Origin: an uncultured delta proteobacterium
Lineage (GTDB): Bacteria; Myxococcota_A; Polyangia; Fen-1088
Assembly: GCA_963796685.1 (NCBI GenBank)
Contig: CAWCMR010000009.1
Span: 329,037 to 393,036 of the forward strand
Direction: 5' to 3'
DNA length: 64,000 nt
Shown in pieces: positions 58,387 to 64,000 of this stretch (position 1 is its first letter; every line of letters starts with the position of its first letter). The notes below the pieces were generated by a model. That model was not told the DNA's origin and did no database searches. It saw only the letters and a program-made list of their open reading frames with translations. The translations under genes were made by a program, and so were the position numbers.

Positions 58387-59201
58387 CGGTGAAACGCGAC
58401 TACCCGCGCAGCCTGCGCCGCTACGCCCGCCTGTTCTCCGTGCAGTTGCGCACCTCGTTCACCCTTGCGGTGCAGTACCGCTTCGACTTCTTCATCGAGG
58501 GTCTGCTCGCGCTCCTCTGGCTGGGCATCACGCTGGTGCCCTTGATGGTGGTATTCGCGCGGCGGGCAACGGTCGCGGGCTGGAGCTACCCCGAGGCCCT
58601 GGTCGTGGTAGGGCTGTTCTCGGTGCTCAAGGCCGTGCTCGACGGCGCCATCACGCCCAGCCTCAACCACGTGGTCGACGGCATCCGCAAGGGCACCCTG
58701 GACTTCATCTTGCTCAAACCCGCGGATGCGCAATTCCTGGTGTCGACGGCGCGCTTCGACCCGTGGCGCATCCTGGACCTGCTCGGCAGCATCGCCATCG
58801 TCTTGTACGCACTTCGACGTCTGCACCACATTCCCTCGCTGTCGGAGACGCTCGCCGGCGCCGCCCTCTTTTCGGTCGCCATCTTGCTCATCTATTCGCT
58901 GTGGATTTTGGTGGTCAGCCTGTCCTTCCGCGTGGTCAAGGTCGACAACCTGTCCTATCTCTTCATGTCCATCTTCGATGCCGGCCGCTGGCCCATCAGC
59001 GTCTTCAAGGGCGCCCTGCGCGTGCTCTTCACCGTGGTCTTCCCGCTCGCGCTCATGACCACCTACCCCGCGCAAGCCCTGCTCGGCCACCTGTCCATCG
59101 AGCACACCATGCTGGCGGGCGCAGGCGGACTTCTCTTCGCAGGCTGCGCGCGTTGGATCTGGATGCGCTCGCTGCAAGCGTATACGTCGGCGAGCTGGTA
59201 G
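58383..59201 (+). CDS. ABC-2 family transporter permease (second subunit)
   Basis: Six TM helices. ATGA overlap with the previous gene. QYRFDFFIEG N-terminal motif. Confidence 0.7.
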   Translation: MTVKRDYPRSLRRYARLFSVQLRTSFTLAVQYRFDFFIEGLLALLWLGITLVPLMVVFARRATVAGWSYPEALVVVGLFSVLKAVLDGAITPSLNHVVDGIRKGTLDFILLKPADAQFLVSTARFDPWRILDLLGSIAIVLYALRRLHHIPSLSETLAGAALFSVAILLIYSLWILVVSLSFRVVKVDNLSYLFMSIFDAGRWPISVFKGALRVLFTVVFPLALMTTYPAQALLGHLSIEHTMLAGAGGLLFAGCARWIWMRSLQAYTSASW

Positions 59202-59241
59202 CCAGACCGGCCCGCACCTGCTACCTTACGCTGCCCAATCC

Positions 59242-60864
<1,623 letters not shown>

Positions 60865-60986
60865 CGCGCCGGTTTGCTCCCAATTCAGCAAATCCATTCC
60901 TGATTTCTGGTAGGGTGAAGGTCGCTTTCGCGGACGCCGTCCCCAACGCGGCAGTCACGTTTGTCATCCGTCGAGTAGGTTCTGAA

Positions 60987-62255
60987 ATGAAGAGAACAAC
61001 GTCGTTCTTTTTCGCGCTGATTCTGGTCGCCTCGCCGAGCTGCAAAGTCGACGATGATGGCTTGACCTCGGTTGCCGATCCCGGGATGGGAAGCGGCGGC
61101 GCATCGGGCGCGGTCGAAGCGCACGACTCGGGAGCGGTCCCGGCCGGGACAGGCGGTCTGGGGACGGGCGGCGTGACCGGAGCCGGTGGCGCGAAAGCCT
61201 CGGGCGGAACGACGGGAGTGGGTGGAACCAAGGCGACGGACGGCGCGCTTGGATTTGGCGGCTTGGGCGGTGGTCTCGGCTCGGAAGCGATCGATGCCTC
61301 CGGCACCGGCGGCATGGGTGGAGATGCCGCTTCCGGCGATGCGCCAGGAACCGGCGGTGGTGGCGGTGCTGGTGGAATCCCGAGCCGCGATGGCGCGGTC
61401 GACAGACCCGCCGGACCTGGCGGTGACGGCCCTCCGGCACCAAAGGCGGACGCCCGCCCGGACCGCCCCATCGATTTGCGCGTTGTCGACGCCCCCGCAC
61501 CCTCCGACGACACCAACGACCTCGCAACCGTGGACGCCGGCTCCCCCATGACCCTGGTATGGTCCGACGAATTCGACGGCGACGCCAACACCGGCGTCGA
61601 GGCCACCAAGTGGAGCTACATCACCTGGGATCCCGGCCACGTGAACGACGAGCTCCAGAAATACACCAGCCGACTGGAGAACGTCTTCCAGGACGGGGCC
61701 GGCCACCTGGTCATCCGCGGGCTCGATAAGCCGGGCGCCGGTAACGAGTACACCTCGGGGCGAGTCCAGACGAACGGTCACTTCACCTTCCAATCCGGCC
61801 GCGTCGAGGTCCGCGCCAAGCTGCCCGCCGGGATCGGATCCTTCCCCGGCATCGTCGCCATGGGAAGCACCAGCAGCTGGCCGCAATGTGGAGAGCTGGC
61901 CATCATGGAACAGTATGGTCAGGACAAGAGCTGGTTCTACGTCAGCGCCACCGCCGGCGGGGCGAGCGGCTCGGGGGACACCGGCAACGTGAAGTACACC
62001 TTCCCCGACGCCACCACCGCTAGCCTCGATTTTCACGTCTACTCGCTCGATTGGTACGACGACCACATCCTCTTCCAGGTGGATGGAATCGAAATCACGC
62101 GCACCACCTTCGCGACCTCGTCGCCTTTCCACACCATCCCGGAATACCTCATTCTCGACCTCGCGATCGGCGGAACCATGGGCGGCACCATCGATCCCGA
62201 CGCCTTCCCCATGGAGATGATCGTGGACTACGTGCGCGTCTATGCGTTTGACTGA
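60987..62255 (+). CDS. Secreted lipoprotein with Gly-rich linker and glycoside hydrolase family 16 domain
   Basis: Lipobox LVASPSC. The GH16 fold has LVWSDEFDG, YTSGRV, and the catalytic region WPQCGELAIME (E-x-A-x-x-E rather than E-x-D-x-x-E). Confidence 0.8.
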   Translation: MKRTTSFFFALILVASPSCKVDDDGLTSVADPGMGSGGASGAVEAHDSGAVPAGTGGLGTGGVTGAGGAKASGGTTGVGGTKATDGALGFGGLGGGLGSEAIDASGTGGMGGDAASGDAPGTGGGGGAGGIPSRDGAVDRPAGPGGDGPPAPKADARPDRPIDLRVVDAPAPSDDTNDLATVDAGSPMTLVWSDEFDGDANTGVEATKWSYITWDPGHVNDELQKYTSRLENVFQDGAGHLVIRGLDKPGAGNEYTSGRVQTNGHFTFQSGRVEVRAKLPAGIGSFPGIVAMGSTSSWPQCGELAIMEQYGQDKSWFYVSATAGGASGSGDTGNVKYTFPDATTASLDFHVYSLDWYDDHILFQVDGIEITRTTFATSSPFHTIPEYLILDLAIGGTMGGTIDPDAFPMEMIVDYVRVYAFD

Positions 62256-62344
62256 CGAGTAACGCCCCATGGAATTCGGGACCTGGACCGTGCCGGCCAC
62301 GGATGGCCAGCTCCACGACGTGAGCTGGCCCACCTGCCTTGCGC

Positions 62345-62507
62345 CTAGAGTACCGAACGGGTTGAGGGACCGAGTGAAATTGCGCAGTTGCGAGCGGCCC
62401 AAGGCGCGAGGAGGGAGAATACTCGACGTATTTGACCGACGAGCAACGCAGGGACGCGACGCAAATGCGCGATTTCACGACGGGAGTCAACCCGTTCGGT
62501 GCTCTAG
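62345..62507. repeat. 163-nt imperfect palindrome (21-bp outer stem, 8x8 internal loop, 13-bp inner stem)
   Basis: 62345-62365 pairs with 62487-62507 (20 Watson-Crick pairs plus one T-G). 62374-62386 pairs with 62466-62478 (12 plus one T-G). It starts exactly at the stop codon of the downstream amt gene. Confidence 0.8.
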
Positions 62508-63994
62508 CTGCCGCCGGCTTCGTCCATGTGGTAGCCGGCCTCGCCGTGGTCGAGGATGTCGAGGCCCTGCTCTTCGTTATCGGCGTCCGGGCGCAACCCC
62601 AGCACTGCCTTGAGGGCGTAGGCCAGGATGCCGGTTCCGATCAGGGCCATGGCGATGGTCACGCCCATGGCCTTGAGTTGCTCGATCCACAGGGTCTTGC
62701 CCACGAGCTGACCCAGGTTGGTGGCGAGATTGCCGTTGGCCTCGGTGGTGGCGAGGAAGCCGGTCACGAGAGCGCCCAGCGTGCCGCCCACGCCGTGCAC
62801 GCCAAACGTATCGAGAGCGTCGTCGTACTTGAGAAGCGCCTTCAACTTGGTGCAGGCGAAATACGGGACCACGCCTGCCAGCAGGCCGATGAGCACGGCG
62901 CCGGAGGGGGTGACGAATCCAGCCGCGGGCGTGATCACGACCAGACCGGCGACGACGCCCGAGCAGAAACCGAGCACCGTGGGCTTGCCACGCGTAGTCC
63001 ATTCGATGAGCGGCCACACCGAGCCGGCAACCGCGGCGGCCAAGGTGGTGGCCACGAAGGCGCCGGCTGCGATGCCGTCGGCCGCGACCGCACTGCCCGC
63101 GTTGAAGCCATACCAGCCGACCCACAGCATCCCGGTGCCCACGGCGGTCAGCACCATGCTATGGGGCATGAAGGGCCGCCGGCCGAAGCCCTTGCGCGGC
63201 CCGAGGATGAGCGCGAGGAAGAGCGCCGACCATCCCGAGGACATGTGCACGACCGTGCCCCCCGCGAAGTCGATGGCCTTGATGCCGGCCCTGGGGTTGG
63301 CCAGGCCGTTCATCATGCCGTCCGCCCCCCACACCATGTGCGCGAGCGGGAAGTAGACGAGCAACATCCAGCCCAGGATGAAGGCCATGACAGCCGAGTA
63401 CTTCATGCGCTCGGCGATGGCGCCCACGATGAGGGCGGGCGTGATGATGGCGAACATCATCTGGTACATGGCGAACACGGACTGCGACACCCAGGGCCCG
63501 TAGTCCTGGTTGGGCGTCGAGGTCACGCCCTTGAGAAAGGCGAACTTCATCGAGCCCAGGATCGACGCCCCGCTGGCCGAGCCGCTGCTGGCGAACACGG
63601 CGCTGTAGCCGAACGCCCACCACAGGATAGTCACCAGGCCCGCACACCCGAAGCACTGGGCGATGACGGACAGGATGTTCTTGCGGCGGACCAGCCCGCC
63701 GTAGAAGAGCGCCAGGCCGGGCAAGGTCATGAAGAGCACGAGCGCGGACGAGGTCATCATCCAGCTGTTGTGACCCGGCCCGGGAGCGGTCAGGGTCTTG
63801 GGCGGGGTGTTGTTGATGTAGGCCTCGAAATCCGCGACCCGCGCGCTCAGGTCGGCCACGCTGGGCCCAGCCGCGGCGGGCGCGGGTGGGGCAGCACCTA
63901 TGGCCGCGGCGGGCGCCAAAATCGGCTTGCCCGAATCTTCAGCGGAAGCCATTCTGGCGCCCAGAAGTCCGAGCACGAGCACCGGAACGAGCAC
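62504..63994 (-). CDS. amt: Ammonium transporter (Amt family), second copy
   Basis: 496-aa ORF with signal peptide and Amt-typical segments (FAGGTVVHMSSGW, GVHGVGGTLGAL). The N-terminus is close to the window edge, so the true start could lie beyond 64000. Confidence 0.85.
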   Translation of the reverse strand: MLVPVLVLGLLGARMASAEDSGKPILAPAAAIGAAPPAPAAAGPSVADLSARVADFEAYINNTPPKTLTAPGPGHNSWMMTSSALVLFMTLPGLALFYGGLVRRKNILSVIAQCFGCAGLVTILWWAFGYSAVFASSGSASGASILGSMKFAFLKGVTSTPNQDYGPWVSQSVFAMYQMMFAIITPALIVGAIAERMKYSAVMAFILGWMLLVYFPLAHMVWGADGMMNGLANPRAGIKAIDFAGGTVVHMSSGWSALFLALILGPRKGFGRRPFMPHSMVLTAVGTGMLWVGWYGFNAGSAVAADGIAAGAFVATTLAAAVAGSVWPLIEWTTRGKPTVLGFCSGVVAGLVVITPAAGFVTPSGAVLIGLLAGVVPYFACTKLKALLKYDDALDTFGVHGVGGTLGALVTGFLATTEANGNLATNLGQLVGKTLWIEQLKAMGVTIAMALIGTGILAYALKAVLGLRPDADNEEQGLDILDHGEAGYHMDEAGGS

Positions 63995-64000
63995 GGTAAC

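Overview
High-GC bacterial chromosomal segment. The gene content looks like Myxococcota: a protein with Myxococcus-type cysteine-rich repeats plus a fibro-slime domain, two Ser/Thr kinases, a sigma-54 enhancer-binding protein, and many lipoproteins with Gly/Pro-rich linkers. This taxonomic call is inference only. I can support about 47 protein-coding genes. I recognised no rRNA, tRNA, CRISPR array, transposase or integrase. Core functions include thiC, two futalosine-pathway radical-SAM genes, glnK-amt plus a second amt, cydAB and prfC. Accessory content includes envelope glycan-modification genes, secreted VWA, GH16 and fibro-slime proteins, a dense two-component/sigma-54 cluster, c-di-GMP components (REC-EAL, MshEN-type receptor) and an ABC-2 transporter. 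The most interesting locus is a minus-strand operon at 30.5-36.4 kb. It combines a short cyanophycin-synthetase-like gene with a degenerate Mur-ligase P-loop (CphA2-like), an S51 cyanophycinase-like peptidase, and an ABC exporter carrying an N-terminal PH-like domain and a C-terminal DUF1854-like tail. A predicted exported isoaspartyl methyltransferase sits next to it. Other points worth a second look are a compositionally atypical insert (42.5-44.4 kb), sigma-54 promoter-like motifs next to the activator gene, a mini-SSB with a DDDVPF tip, a tandem MshEN c-di-GMP motif protein, and a 163-nt imperfect palindrome after the second amt. Four otherwise good genes are broken by single-base frame disruptions, which are either sequencing errors or real gene decay. 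All domain calls come from reading the translations by eye. No searches were run.
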